A DNA stretch of 64,000 nt from Escherichia coli (GTDB lineage: Bacteria; Pseudomonadota; Gammaproteobacteria; Enterobacterales; Enterobacteriaceae), in NCBI RefSeq assembly GCF_051903065.1, contig NZ_CP178438.1. One strand, written 5' to 3'. Under the pieces are notes generated by a model. The model saw nothing but the letters and a program-made list of their open reading frames with translations, searched no databases and had not been told where the DNA came from. Position 1 is the stretch's first letter. Every line of letters starts with the position of its first letter. Made by a program: the position numbers and the translations under genes. Positions 1-11,528 of this stretch are shown piece by piece.

Positions 1-45
1 CCAGATCATGAGTTCTCCTGCGTAATCAGAACTCATGATATCTGG
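1..45. terminator. Imperfect inverted repeat (about 16-bp arms, 11-nt loop) beyond the 3' end of adeQ
   Basis: ccagatcatgagttct ... agaactcatgatatctgg read directly; no clear U-tract. Confidence 0.3.
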
Positions 46-61
46 AAACCCTCGCCAGTTA

Positions 62-1396
62 CTAATCCACCAGAATAATCTTCAGTGCAAACAGAGCTGC
101 GACCACCACCACACACAGGTTCAGATCGCGCCAGCGCCCGGTGCATACTTTCATGATGCAGTACGACATAAAGCCGAGTGCAATCCCTTCGGTGATCGAG
201 AAAGTAAAGGGCATCATCACCGTGGTAATAAACGCAGGCACCGATTCGGTAAAATCATCCCAGTTAACGCGCGCCAGGCTCGAAGTCATCAGCACGCCAA
301 CAAAGATTAACGCTCCGGCGGTTGCGTAAGGAGGAACTATCGCCACCAGCGGTGAGAAGAACATAACCAACAGGAACATAACGCCAACCACAACCGCAGT
401 CAGCCCCGTGCGGCCACCGACTGCCACACCAGAAGTACTTTCAATATAGGCAGTAACAGACGAGGTGCCGATAAACGCACCCGCCACCGAACTGACGCTA
501 TCAACATACAGCGCCTTATTCATATTGGGGAATTTACCGTTACCATCTATTAAGCCCGCTTTATCAGTTACACCAATTAATGTTCCTGATGAATCAAATA
601 GGTTGATCAGCATAAAGGAGAAAATGATACCGGCGAGTTCAAGTGTTAACGCGCCGCTCAAATCTACTTCACCAATGACGCCGCTAATATCAGGCGGAAT
701 GGAATAGACGCCGCTAAAATGAACATCACCGAAAAATAATCCACAGCAAGACGTCACCACAATAGAAACCAGCACCGCGGCATGAAAATGACGTGATGAC
801 AACACGGTTATAATAAAAAACCCTAAAATACCTAACAACACGCCGTGAGAACTTAAATCGCCAATCATCACCAGCGTGTCTTTATTGGCGACAATAACGC
901 CAGTATTTTTTAATCCCATTAAGGCGATAAATAATCCAATTCCGCTGGTGATACCAATACGTAAACTTAAGGGAATGTTGGAGATCATCCAGTACCGGAT
1001 ACGAAACAGCGTGAGCAAAAATAGTCCAACTGCGCCCCAGAATATTGCGCCCATCCCGGTCTGCCAGGAGATGCCCATCGCCCCCACGACCACGAAGGCA
1101 AAGAAGGCGTTCAGCCCCATTGCCGGAGCCAGCGCCACGGGTAAGTTAGCAAATATCCCCATCGCAATACTGCCGATACCGGCAATCAAACAGGTGGTAA
1201 CAAACACCACTTTCGGGTCCATTTGTGCCGCGCCGAGGATTTGCGGGTTCACAAAAACGATGTACACCATGGTTAAAAAAGTGGTCATCCCCGCAATCAA
1301 TTCTGTGCGGACGGTGGTCCCATGCTGAGGTAGTTTAAATAATCGCGAAAGCGTCCCTGATTCATTACTCACGTAATCGGTATTGTCATTATTCAT
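62..1396 (-). CDS. adeQ: Purine (adenine) permease, NCS2 family
   Basis: Long ORF; translation near-identical in core to the permease at 51871-53208; adjacent to ade; start chosen at internal ATG 1394-1396 giving 444 aa (track ORF extends to 1474). Confidence 0.85.
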   Translation of the reverse strand: MNNDNTDYVSNESGTLSRLFKLPQHGTTVRTELIAGMTTFLTMVYIVFVNPQILGAAQMDPKVVFVTTCLIAGIGSIAMGIFANLPVALAPAMGLNAFFAFVVVGAMGISWQTGMGAIFWGAVGLFLLTLFRIRYWMISNIPLSLRIGITSGIGLFIALMGLKNTGVIVANKDTLVMIGDLSSHGVLLGILGFFIITVLSSRHFHAAVLVSIVVTSCCGLFFGDVHFSGVYSIPPDISGVIGEVDLSGALTLELAGIIFSFMLINLFDSSGTLIGVTDKAGLIDGNGKFPNMNKALYVDSVSSVAGAFIGTSSVTAYIESTSGVAVGGRTGLTAVVVGVMFLLVMFFSPLVAIVPPYATAGALIFVGVLMTSSLARVNWDDFTESVPAFITTVMMPFTFSITEGIALGFMSYCIMKVCTGRWRDLNLCVVVVAALFALKIILVD

Positions 1397-1570
1397 TTTT
1401 TTGTCCATTGGAGGAGATTTAATCCCTTGCTTTTGTAAAACAAATGACAACAACGGTTCAGTGATAATTATCACATTTCAATTGCACATTAATGGATATT
1501 CTTTAATAATCTCGCGACGTTTCTTTATGATAAATAATAATCAAATTGATAAAATCAAAATGAGAAAAAT

Positions 1571-3337
1571 ATGAATAATTCTATTAACCATAAATTTCAT
1601 CACATTAGCCGGGCTGAATACCAGGAATTGTTAGCCGTTTCCCGTGGCGACGCTGTTGCCGATTATATTATTGATAATGTCTCTATTCTCGACCTGATCA
1701 ATGGCGGAGAAATTTCCGGCCCAATTGTGATTAAAGGACGTTACATTGCCGGTGTTGGCGCAGAATACACTGATGCTCCGGCTTTGCAGCGGATTGATGC
1801 TCGCGGCGCAACGGCGGTGCCAGGGTTTATTGATGCTCACCTGCATATTGAATCCAGCATGATGACGCCGGTCACTTTTGAAACCGCTACCCTGCCGCGC
1901 GGCCTGACGACCGTTATTTGCGACCCTCATGAAATCGTCAACGTGATGGGCGAAGCCGGATTCGCCTGGTTTGCCCGCTGTGCCGAACAGGCAAGGCAAA
2001 ACCAGTACTTACAGGTCAGCTCTTGCGTACCCGCCCTGGAAGGCTGCGATGTTAACGGTGCCAGTTTTACCCTTGAACAGATGCTCGCCTGGCGGGACCA
2101 TCCGCAGGTTACCGGCCTTGCAGAAATGATGGACTACCCTGGCGTAATTAGCGGGCAGAATGCGCTGCTCGATAAACTGGATGCATTTCGCCACCTGACG
2201 CTGGACGGTCACTGCCCGGGTTTGGGTGGTAAAGAACTTAACGCCTATATTACTGCGGGTATTGAAAACTGCCACGAAAGTTATCAGCTGGAAGAAGGAC
2301 GCCGGAAATTACAACTCGGCATGTCGTTGATGATCCGCGAAGGGTCCGCTGCCCGCAATCTCAACGCGCTGGCACCGTTGATCAACGAATTTAACAGCCC
2401 GCAATGCATGCTCTGTACCGATGACCGTAACCCGTGGGAGATCGCCCATGAAGGACACATCGATGCCTTAATTCGCCGCCTGATCGAACAACACAATGTG
2501 CCGCTGCATGTGGCATATCGCGTCGCCAGCTGGTCGACGGCGCGCCACTTTGGTCTGAATCACCTCGGCTTACTGGCACCCGGCAAGCAGGCCGATATCG
2601 TCCTGTTGAGCGATGCGCGTAAGGTCACGGTGCAGCAGGTACTGGTGAAAGGCGAGCCGATTGATGCGCAAACCTTACAGGCGGAAGAGTCGGCGAGACT
2701 GGCACAATCCGCTCCGCCATATGGCAACACCATTGCCCGCCAGCCAGTTTCCGCCAGCGACTTTGCCCTGCAATTTACGCCCGGAAAACGCTATCGGGTC
2801 ATTGACGTCATCCATAACGAATTGATTACGCACTCCCACTCCAGCGTCTACAGCGAAAATGGTTTTGATCGCGATGATGTGAGCTTTATTGCCGTACTTG
2901 AGCGTTACGGGCAACGGCTGGCTCCGGCTTGTGGTTTGCTTGGCGGCTTTGGACTGAATGAAGGTGCGCTGGCTGCGACGGTCAGCCATGACAGCCATAA
3001 TATTGTGGTGATCGGTCGCAGTGCCGAAGAGATGGCGCTGGCGGTCAATCAGGTGATTCAGGATGGCGGCGGGCTGTGCGTGGTACGTAACGGCCAGGTA
3101 CAAAGTCATCTGCCGTTACCCATTGCCGGGCTGATGAGCACCGACACGGCGCAGTCGCTGGCGGAACAAATTGACGCCTTGAAAGCCGCCGCCCGTGAAT
3201 GCGGTCCGTTACCCGATGAGCCGTTTATTCAGATGGCGTTTCTTTCTCTGCCAGTGATCCCCGCGCTAAAACTAACCAGTCAGGGGCTATTTGATGGCGA
3301 GAAGTTTGCCTTCACTACGCTGGAAGTCACGGAATAA
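1571..3337 (+). CDS. ade: Adenine deaminase
   Basis: 588-aa ORF with amidohydrolase-type metal-binding motif (DAHLHIES) and conserved position. Confidence 0.92.
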
Positions 3338-3364
3338 TAAAAAAAGCCCGGCGTCATGCCGGGC
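3336..3364 (-). terminator. Rho-independent terminator downstream of uhpT
   Basis: GC hairpin gcccggc-gtcat-gccgggc followed on the minus strand by a T-run. Confidence 0.6.
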
Positions 3365-3382
3365 AAAAGTCACCAGTTACGT

Positions 3383-4774
3383 TTATGCCACTGTCAACTG
3401 CTGAATTTTTTTCTCGCGGCGGATTTTGCGTTCTTCCATTACCGCCACTATCGCCATCAGGCAGATACAACCAATCGCGGCGATATCCAGCGCGGCGAAG
3501 GTGCCTGCCCAGCCGGTAAGGCCGAATACCGGCGTCCCATCGGCAATCATTCCCAGACCTAACTTGGCAAAGCTGTCACCAATCAGGTAAGCAAAGGTGC
3601 CTTTAATACCATCGGCAGCGCCAATCGCTTTTTTAGGTACAAAGCCAACAGCAGCCACACCAATCAACAATTGCGGGCCAAAGACCAGGAAACCCAACGC
3701 AAAGAGAGAAGCCAGATAGATATATTCGTTACTGGCATGTTGATACACACCGAGCGTGGCGATAATCAGCGCCAGCGCGATGCAGGCCACCAGGCCACGG
3801 CGACCGTTCGCCAGGTCAGAGAGCCAGCCCCACAGCAGCGTACCGACCAGCGCACCAGCTTCAAACAGCGTAAAGCCCTGAATCGCCACCGCTTTAGAGA
3901 GTTTCAGTTCCTGGAACGCGTATACGGTTGACCACTGGTCGATACCAATACGTACCACATAGAGGAAAATGTTGGCGAAGCACAGCAGCCAGATCACTTT
4001 GTTTTTCAGCACATACTCAACAAAGATCTGCCACTTGGTCATATCGGTAGATTCTGTCTCTTTGTCCTCTTCGCTGATCTCCTCGCCGAACAGTTCTTCA
4101 GCTTTGCCGAGGCCATAAGATTCCGGGGAGTCGCTGCCGTAACGCAGGCCGATAAAACCGACAATCAGCGCGATAATCGACGGGAAGATAAACATGCCGA
4201 TGACATGGCCATCGAACAGGTAATTTGCCCCGAACAGCGCCACACCTGCTGCGCCTGCACCGCCAAGGTTGTGAGAAATATTCCAGAAACCGAGGAATGT
4301 CCCGCGTTTACGACGCGGCGTCCATTTGGTGATGGTGGAGTAACTGCACGAACCGCCGGTACTCTGGAAAAAGCCGCTTAAGGCGTAGAAGGCAATCATC
4401 AGGAACAGGCTAACCGAGCCGCTGCCCATACTGGCACTGAAGCCCAGCATACAAATAGCAGAGAGGATCAGCATGAACGGCAGGAATTGTTTGGTGTTTT
4501 TGCCGTCGGCGTAGTAGGAAACCAGCGTTTTACCCACGCCATAAGTGATGGAGAAACCCAGGCCGATCATCCCCAGCTGCGTCATGCTCAACCCGTAGGT
4601 CGAAATCATATCGTTCTGCGCGATGTTAAAGTTCTTGCGAATCAGGTACATCGTCAGGTAGCCGATAAAGACCACCAGGTAGGATTGCATGAACGGTTTG
4701 AACCACATTTTGCGCCGCACTTCGAGCGGAAGGTCCAGGGTCGGCTTGCGAACCTGGTTTAAGAAAGCCAGCAT
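3383..4774 (-). CDS. uhpT: Hexose-phosphate:phosphate antiporter (MFS)
   Basis: 463-aa ORF, MFS organophosphate antiporter family, upstream of uhpC/B/A. Confidence 0.93.
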
Positions 4775-4841
4775 GGGTTACTCCTGAAATGAATACCTGC
4801 GTGAGGCATGCATTGTAAAAATCAGCAGCAAATCAGGCCTG

Positions 4842-4862
4842 AGATAGCGTCCAGGCAAAACC
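4842..4862. promoter_or_regulatory. Inverted repeat CCAGG-caaaa-CCTGG in the uhpT promoter region, candidate UhpA site
   Basis: Palindrome read directly, about 70-90 bp upstream of the uhpT start; assignment to UhpA is inference. Confidence 0.35.
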
Positions 4863-4911
4863 TGGAAAATTTCTTAGTTTTGCCGGATATGAAGTGAAAA
4901 GGTGAGATGCA

Positions 4912-6231
4912 TCACGCTTCGCGCGGTGTCTGGGCGTTCAAAAAGGGCAGTAACAGCAGTGCGGAAATCCCGGCGGCGATAGAGATAACCACAAAAAATC
5001 CGCTCCAGTGCCAGGTATCGAGTACTTTCGCCAGCGGCCAACCAGCAAGCGACGCCCCCAGATAAGCAAACAAGCCGACAAACCCCGTCGCCGCCCCTGC
5101 CGCCTCTTTGTGGGAACACTCTGCCGCCGCCATACCGATTAACATCTGTGGGCCAAAGACAAAAAAACCAATGGTGAAGAAGCAGGTTGCCTGCATCACG
5201 TAGCTGGCAAATGGCATCAGCCACAGGGAGCCGACTGAAAGCAAAATTCCGGCGGCGAAAATCAAATTCATCGGCCCTCGGTTGCCGTTAAACAATTTGT
5301 CCGAGCCCCAACCGGCTACCAGCGCACCGATAAATCCGCCCAGTTCAAACATCGTCACTGCCGTATTCGCCGTGACCAGATCGACGCCCAGTGTCTCGGA
5401 CATATACAAATTGCCCCAGTCGTTGATCGCCGCCCGGACCACATAGACCAGCACATAGCAAAACGAAAGCAGCCAGATATACGGATTCAGCAACACATAT
5501 TTGGTGAGGATCTCTTTACGCGTCAACCCTGCCCCTTCTTGTTGTTGAGCAATTTCCAGCGCGTCGTGTCGCCATTCACCGACCGCCGGTAAACCTAACG
5601 CCTGCGGGCGATCGCGTAGCCGCCAGCAGAGAAAAATCCCCACGACTATCGCCATACAACCAGCAATCATCATCCCGGCACGCCAGCCGTAATGCAGCGC
5701 AGCCGCTGCCATCACAATGGGAATGAGTGCGCCGCCGACGTTATGCGCCGTGTTCCATAATGCCCACCAACCGCCGCGCTCGGTACGTGAATACCAGGCC
5801 GTTAACAGACGCGCACACACCGGTGAACCCCAGCCCTGGAAAAAGGCGTTCAGCACCCAGAGCACGGCAAACGCCCATAGCGACGTCGAGAAGCCAAACA
5901 GAATGTTGATAATGCCCGTGGCGATAAGCCCTATCCCCATAAAATAACGGGCATTTGAGCGATCGCTGACAATGCCGGAGACAAACTTCGACACGCCATA
6001 GGTAATGTAAAACAGGGTCGCTAACAGGCCGATATCGCTACGGCTGAGCACGCCGTTAGCAAGGATTTCTGGTACGGCGGCGTTAAAACTTTTCCGCGTG
6101 AAGTAAAACAGCGCGTAACCCAGCCAGATGGTCAGCAGAATATGCCGACGCCAGTAGCGATAGCGGGCATCAATTTCATATTTATCAGTCATTAATGGCG
6201 CATCGGCAGGCGCTTTCAGAAACGGCAACAT
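4912..6231 (-). CDS. uhpC: Membrane sensor protein of the Uhp system (MFS-like)
   Basis: ORF 4912-6237 homologous to uhpT-type transporters; start at third Met (MLPFLK) assumed. Confidence 0.88.
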   Translation of the reverse strand: MLPFLKAPADAPLMTDKYEIDARYRYWRRHILLTIWLGYALFYFTRKSFNAAVPEILANGVLSRSDIGLLATLFYITYGVSKFVSGIVSDRSNARYFMGIGLIATGIINILFGFSTSLWAFAVLWVLNAFFQGWGSPVCARLLTAWYSRTERGGWWALWNTAHNVGGALIPIVMAAAALHYGWRAGMMIAGCMAIVVGIFLCWRLRDRPQALGLPAVGEWRHDALEIAQQQEGAGLTRKEILTKYVLLNPYIWLLSFCYVLVYVVRAAINDWGNLYMSETLGVDLVTANTAVTMFELGGFIGALVAGWGSDKLFNGNRGPMNLIFAAGILLSVGSLWLMPFASYVMQATCFFTIGFFVFGPQMLIGMAAAECSHKEAAGAATGFVGLFAYLGASLAGWPLAKVLDTWHWSGFFVVISIAAGISALLLLPFLNAQTPREA

Positions 6232-6240
6232 CATCAAACC

Positions 6241-7746
6241 TTAGACATAGCGTTGAGGTAGAGAAACGCTGACACGCGTGCCGTGCAGACAGGAAATGTG
6301 TAATGTGCCACCCAGCGCCGTTACGCGCTCGCGCATTCCGGTGAGGCCAAAACCTTGTTGCCCGGAACCCGGCGGCAAACCGCTGCCATCGTCTTCAATA
6401 ACCAGCATCAACCGTTCATCCTGCTGCCAGCCTTGCAGGGTGACCGCGCTGGCATCAGCATGTTTCACAATGTTGTTCAGCCCTTCCTGGCAGACACGAA
6501 ACAGCGTCACGCGCTGGTTTTCGCTTAACGCTGATTCATCGATTCGCCATTCGAGATGGCTGACAATACCGCGCCCTTCCAGCTCCATTTCCCGCATCAG
6601 TGAGCGGATGGCCTGCTCCAGGGTGAGATCATCCAACTGGCGCGGACGTAACCGACCCAACAAACGGCGCACCGCGTCGTAAACGCCCAGCGATAGTTGT
6701 TCGATGAGCTGCCCGCTCTGCTTCACGCTGGCGTTATCTGCCGCCAGCCGCTGAACAATGCCCGCCTGAGTACGAATAGCAGTGATGGTCTGACCGATAT
6801 CATCATGCAGCTCACGCGCCACATCACGGCGCACGCTCTCTTCGGTTTCCAGCAACCGTTCAGCCAGATGCTGATTGCGCGCCAGTTCCTTTTGCAGCGA
6901 CTGGTTAAGTTCACGCAACCGCTGGATGCCAGCGCCAAGCAACAACCCTGTCAGACTTTGCACCAGCAGCGAGAGCAATAAATCCACCGGATGATCGCGC
7001 CAGGTTTGACTGGCGATCAGCGCGATGGCGTTCATCAACGTCGCAATCAGCGCCCCTTGCCAACCATAGTGCCAGGCCAGCGCGATAATCGGCAGCGCCA
7101 GACAGAATGGCGTAAAGCGCGACAGTTCGTCCGGCAATCCCAACTGGAGCCAGAGACTGATAACAAACAGCAGCAAGTACCAGACCAGATGTCGCCCGCG
7201 CCAGTTGATTGGCTGAGAAACCAGTGACGGACCGAGCGGCAGCCAGGTGTTATTGGCGAGATAGTGCCAGAACACCAGACATATCGGGGCCAGCGTCAGG
7301 CCGCCAGTTAAAGTCAGCAACAGCGCATTCCACGACTCTTTGCCGTGCCAAAGCCAGGGCAGCGACTGCAACAACGCCGCCGCCGTTAACGCCGCCCCCT
7401 GTAACAGCAAGGTGCGCCAGTCACGCTGATGGCGATAGCGCGAGATCAGCGCTACGGGCAGTAACGTCAGTAAACTACCGATCATCAATAACGGAAAATG
7501 GGTTAAACCGACCGCCTGCGTTAGCCAGTAAATCAGCAGCCACTCCGCGCCCAGCAATACGGGCCAGTATCCGCGCGGGCATTGCAGCATTAGCCCCAGA
7601 CGCAGACCAAACGGAAATAACAGCACCGCCATATCAGGGCGCTCAACCAGATGCAGGCTGATACTCCACAGGCAAAACCATGCGGCAGAGAAGATAAAAA
7701 AGCAGGCAATAACGGTAATTAAGCGGGAGAACAACGTCTTCATCAC
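6241..7746 (-). CDS. uhpB: Sensor histidine kinase
   Basis: 501-aa ORF with N-terminal membrane domain and C-terminal HisKA_3/HATPase-like region; overlaps uhpA start by 4 bp. Confidence 0.9.
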
Positions 7747-8333
7747 CAGCCATCAAACATGCGGCGCGCCAGCTCTACGTCGTTACTGACGCCCAGTTTT
7801 TCCATCAGATTGGCGCGATGGACGTGTACCGTTTTCGGTGACAAGCCCAGTTCGGCGGCAATCTCTTTCACCGCCATTCCTTGCGCCAGTTTTTCCGCCA
7901 CCTGGCGTTCACGTTTGGTTAGCGGGTCCTGACGACCGGATGCCAGTTTAATGGCAATATCCGGCGTCAGATAACAGCCGCCCGTGGCAACCGTATGCAC
8001 CGCAGCAATGAGTTCATCCGGGCTACAGCGTTTGGAAAGAAAGCCGCGTGCCCCCGCGTTAAGCGCCTGCTCAACCAGCGCAGGACTGTCGTGAACGGAG
8101 AGCATAATCGTCGCCATACCTTTCGGCAGCTGGCTTAGCAGCTCCAGACCGGAGATATCGGGCATGGAGATATCGCAAATACACACCTGCACACCGCGCC
8201 CCGGCAGCCCCGCCAGCGCCTCGCGCCCCGAACCAAACTCGGCAACTACCTGCAAATCAGGTTCCAGCCCCAGCAGCTGCGCAAAGCCGGAGCGGACGAT
8301 GAGGTGATCGTCTATAAGGGCAACGGTGATCAT
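7743..8333 (-). CDS. uhpA: Response regulator, NarL/FixJ family
   Basis: 196-aa ORF with receiver domain plus LuxR-type HTH. Confidence 0.93.
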
Positions 8334-8408
8334 GGTCTTGTCCTGGCGGGTAAAAAAAATACGCGCTTACCTTAACGATAAGCGCGATGTTGTTCAAGCC
8401 TTGAGCGG

Positions 8409-8699
8409 TTACTGAAAAAACACCGCGATCTTGTTAAACATCGTCGGATCGGACTGATTACGCTGCACTTTCACGACATCTTCCAGCTTATCGATTTGGC
8501 TTATCATCTGCTCCAGACGCTGGTCGTCATTGACCAGTAGCCAGATATGGCTTTTGTCGCTGTCCTGAATCGGCAGACAAAGAATGCCTTCAACGTTAAA
8601 AGCGCGGCGGGCAAAAAGGCCACAAACGTGGGTCATTACGCCCGGATGGTTGCGAACGGTGAGCTCCAGAATTACGTTGTCATGAGTTGTGTTTTGCAT
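8409..8699 (-). CDS. ilvN: Acetolactate synthase I small (regulatory) subunit
   Basis: 96-aa ORF with ACT-domain-like sequence immediately downstream of ilvB. Confidence 0.9.
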
Positions 8700-8702
8700 G
8701 GC

Positions 8703-10391
8703 TTATTCCCCCACCATTTCAGTATTCGCCGCACCTGGCGGCACCATCGGGTAAACTTTTTCTTCGGCATCAATGCGCACATGGATCAGCGCCGGGCCAG
8801 GGCGATTGATGATTTCCTGCAATGAAGCCTGCGGATCGGCTTCGTTATTCAAATCACAGGTTTCGAGGCCGAATCCGGCGGCAATCTGCATAAAGTTGAT
8901 TTTGCCCGGATAGGTGGCGGCAAAAACGCCTTGCTCGTAGAACAGACTCTGTTGCTGATGCACCAGCCCCAGCGCTTCGTTGTTCATCAGAATGATTTTG
9001 ACATCCAGCTGATTTTCACTGGCGGTCGCCATCTCCTGAATATTCATCATCAGGCTGCCGTCGCCGGAGAAACACAACACTTTGCGATCCGGGTTCGCCA
9101 GCGCAGCGCCAATCGCCGCAGGCAGGCCAAAACCCATCGTGCCCAGCCCACCGGAGGTCAGCCACTGGCGTGGGCGATTGAGCGGATAAGCTTGCGCGGT
9201 CCACATCTGATGCTGACCAACGTCGGTGGTGATAATTGCATTGTCATCGACACAGGCGGCAACGGCGTTGATCAGGCCGTAATGGCTTAACGGATCGCAC
9301 GCTTTCGGGATTGGACACGGAAACTCACGCTGCAAATCCGCTACCAACTGGTGCCACTCTGCACGCGGTTGCGCTTCCACCAGCGGGATCAACTGCGCCA
9401 GCACGTCATCAACATCCGCCTGAATCGCCACGTGCGGCTGCTTGATTTTACCCAGCTCTGCACGGTCGATATCGACATGAATGATTTTGGCATTCGGACA
9501 GAACTGCTCGGTTTTGCCAATCGCCCGGTCATCAAAACGCGCACCGAGCACTATCAACAAATCCGCCTCCTGCAAAATATAGTTGGTGCTGCGCACGCCG
9601 TGCATCCCCAGCATACCCAGCGACAACGGATGCGCTTTTGGCAACATGCCCAGCGCCATTAAAGTCATGGTGGTAGGCAGTTGCGCTTTCTCCGCCAGTT
9701 CACGCACCCGTGCGGGCGCATTGATCACACCGCCGCCCAGATAAAGCACCGGGCGTTTGGCAGCGTTAATCATCGCCGCTGCGTCACGAATGCTTTCTTC
9801 GCTAAAGGCGGGGGCGGCGGCTTTTTCTGCCATAGCGGGCTGTGTTTCAATCTCAAAAACTGCCGTTTGCACATCCTTAGGAATGTCTATCCACACCGGG
9901 CCTGGGCGGCCTGATTGCGCAATGCGGAAGGCATCGCTCATGACCTGCGGGAGTTCTTCGATATGTCTGACCAGATAGTTGTGTTTGGTGATGGGGATAG
10001 AGATGCCGTAGGTGTCCACTTCCTGGAAGGCGTCGGTGCCGATCATCGAGGCGGGAACCTGACCAGTGATGCAAATCAGCGGGATGGAGTCCAGCCGCGC
10101 ATCGGCAATGGCGGTCACCAGGTTAGTCGCACCCGGTCCGCTACAGGCCATACAGACCGCCGGTTTACCGTCGGTGCGCGCCATTCCCTGAGCGATAAAG
10201 CCCGCGCCCTGTTCATGACGGGCCAGAATATGGCGGATTTGCGTGCTTTGGCTTAAGGCATCGTAAACAGGCAGGATAGAACCGCCCGGAATGCCTGTCA
10301 CAATCTTAATGCCCTGCTGTTCCAGGAAATGAACGATAAATTCTGCGCCGGTAAAGCGCTTACGCGTCGATGTTGTGCCCGAACTTGCCAT
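8703..10391 (-). CDS. ilvB: Acetolactate synthase I large subunit (ThDP enzyme)
   Basis: 562-aa ORF with ThDP-binding motif (GDGS...N). Confidence 0.93.
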   Translation of the reverse strand: MASSGTTSTRKRFTGAEFIVHFLEQQGIKIVTGIPGGSILPVYDALSQSTQIRHILARHEQGAGFIAQGMARTDGKPAVCMACSGPGATNLVTAIADARLDSIPLICITGQVPASMIGTDAFQEVDTYGISIPITKHNYLVRHIEELPQVMSDAFRIAQSGRPGPVWIDIPKDVQTAVFEIETQPAMAEKAAAPAFSEESIRDAAAMINAAKRPVLYLGGGVINAPARVRELAEKAQLPTTMTLMALGMLPKAHPLSLGMLGMHGVRSTNYILQEADLLIVLGARFDDRAIGKTEQFCPNAKIIHVDIDRAELGKIKQPHVAIQADVDDVLAQLIPLVEAQPRAEWHQLVADLQREFPCPIPKACDPLSHYGLINAVAACVDDNAIITTDVGQHQMWTAQAYPLNRPRQWLTSGGLGTMGFGLPAAIGAALANPDRKVLCFSGDGSLMMNIQEMATASENQLDVKIILMNNEALGLVHQQQSLFYEQGVFAATYPGKINFMQIAAGFGLETCDLNNEADPQASLQEIINRPGPALIHVRIDAEEKVYPMVPPGAANTEMVGE

Positions 10392-10440
10392 GCTCCAGTC
10401 CTTTTCTTCTGGGCCGACTTTCCGGGAGGTGCTTAAACGA

Positions 10441-10475
10441 AAAACCCCGCCCGGTTTGCGCCGGCGGGGTTTTGG
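10441..10475 (-). terminator. ilvBN attenuator terminator
   Basis: GC hairpin (ccccgcc...ggcgggg) followed by a U-run on the minus strand, between leader peptide and ilvB. Confidence 0.7.
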
Positions 10476-10496
10476 AATCGTGTGTTGTTCCAGTCC

Positions 10497-10595
10497 CTAC
10501 GGCGCATTGCCGACGACCACCACCACACGCACGACGACCACTGCGGCGGATGGCGCAGTTGGTAGTAGTTTTGCGTTGAGCATGGAAGTAGTCAT
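10497..10595 (-). CDS. ivbL: ilvBN leader peptide (32 aa, Val/Leu-rich)
   Basis: Minus-strand translation MTTSMLNAKLLPTAPSAAVVVVRVVVVVGNAP read directly. Confidence 0.85.
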   Translation of the reverse strand: MTTSMLNAKLLPTAPSAAVVVVRVVVVVGNAP

Positions 10596-10725
10596 TGGGG
10601 ACCTTGTTGGTTTTGTGTTTAACAATATTTATACAAGCACAGCTTTACAGGGGAGACAATGGAAAATTTTTCAGCAAGGGAAAATTGAGGGGTTGATCAC
10701 GTTTTGTACTGAATTGCAGATAACA

Positions 10726-10865
10726 AAAAACCCCGCCGGAGCGAGGTTTCGTCAGTCGCCTGCGGCTGGTAACCGCAAAGCACACTGTATTATGTCAACA
10801 CTGAAAGTATACGTGTTCCGCGCAGAACGCGCAATTTCGGCACGAATTTTGACGTATTTAGTGCA
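10726..10865 (-). ncRNA. istR: IstR antitoxin sRNA region (istR-1/istR-2), approximate bounds
   Basis: Divergent from tisB; contains a 21-22-nt segment (10779-10806) that is a direct repeat of the tisAB leader segment 11038-11066, so its transcript would be antisense to that mRNA; minus-strand terminator near 10726-10750. Confidence 0.5.
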
Positions 10866-10905
10866 TAGTTGAGTATCGATCACAGTTTGCGTTTTGTCCA
10901 AATAT

Positions 10906-10925
10906 TACTGTTTATTTATACAGTA
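10906..10925. promoter_or_regulatory. LexA box (SOS operator)
   Basis: tactgtttatttatacagta matches the CTGT-N8-ACAG consensus. Confidence 0.8.
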
Positions 10926-11159
10926 AACTTCTATAATATCACTGTACGCAATGTGTTATGCGGGGGCCGCATCGTTACCCGGCGCACTAAGTCCTGGCTG
11001 AAACGGGTGGTGCCGTCAGCGCCTTAACCCCGCGTGAGCACACTGTGTTATGTCAACAAGCACAACGTTTCTCCTTGAGATACCGCGTGCACAACAGCTG
11101 GCAACAGGCAGCGGAAAGGTACGTCAGCTGGCAGTGCTCCTGAACCACAGGAGACGCGT

Positions 11160-11249
11160 ATGAACCTGGTGGATATCGCCATTCTTATCCTCAAACTCAT
11201 TGTTGCAGCACTGCAACTGCTTGATGCTGTTCTGAAATACCTGAAGTAA
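11160..11249 (+). CDS. tisB: Type I toxin TisB (29 aa membrane peptide)
   Basis: Translation MNLVDIAILILKLIVAALQLLDAVLKYLK read directly; LexA box upstream. Confidence 0.85.
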   Translation: MNLVDIAILILKLIVAALQLLDAVLKYLK

Positions 11250-11528
11250 TTCAGATTCAAGTCGCACCAAAGGGGAGCGGGAAACCGCTCCCCTTTTATA
11301 TTTAGCGTGCGGGTTGGTGTCGGATGCGATGCTGACGCATCTTATCCGCCCTACCATCTCTCCCGGCAACATTTATTGCCGCTTTTGTTTACATATTCTG
11401 CCGCTAAACAATTCCCCATTCCTGGCGTATATCTGGCTAACATTCATCAATGTGATAGATTCCTCTCCCGCATTTATGGGAATGCGTAGTGACTTATTCT
11501 AATTATTTTTATAAAAGCATCCGTGATA

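Noticed and set aside
876-1328. 150-aa plus-strand ORF inside adeQ, and many similar antisense ORFs inside core genes (for example 3671-3931, 6278-6682, 9351-9662, 12350-12805, 31784-32287, 32642-33544, 35962-36752, 38747-39808, 62225-63004)
   Set aside because: Fully embedded antisense to well-supported conserved genes; typical spurious frames of GC-balanced DNA
10375-10872. 165-aa plus-strand ORF spanning the ilvB start, attenuator and ivbL
   Set aside because: It is the reverse-strand shadow of the leader/attenuator region; the poly-Thr run is the complement of the Val codon run of ivbL
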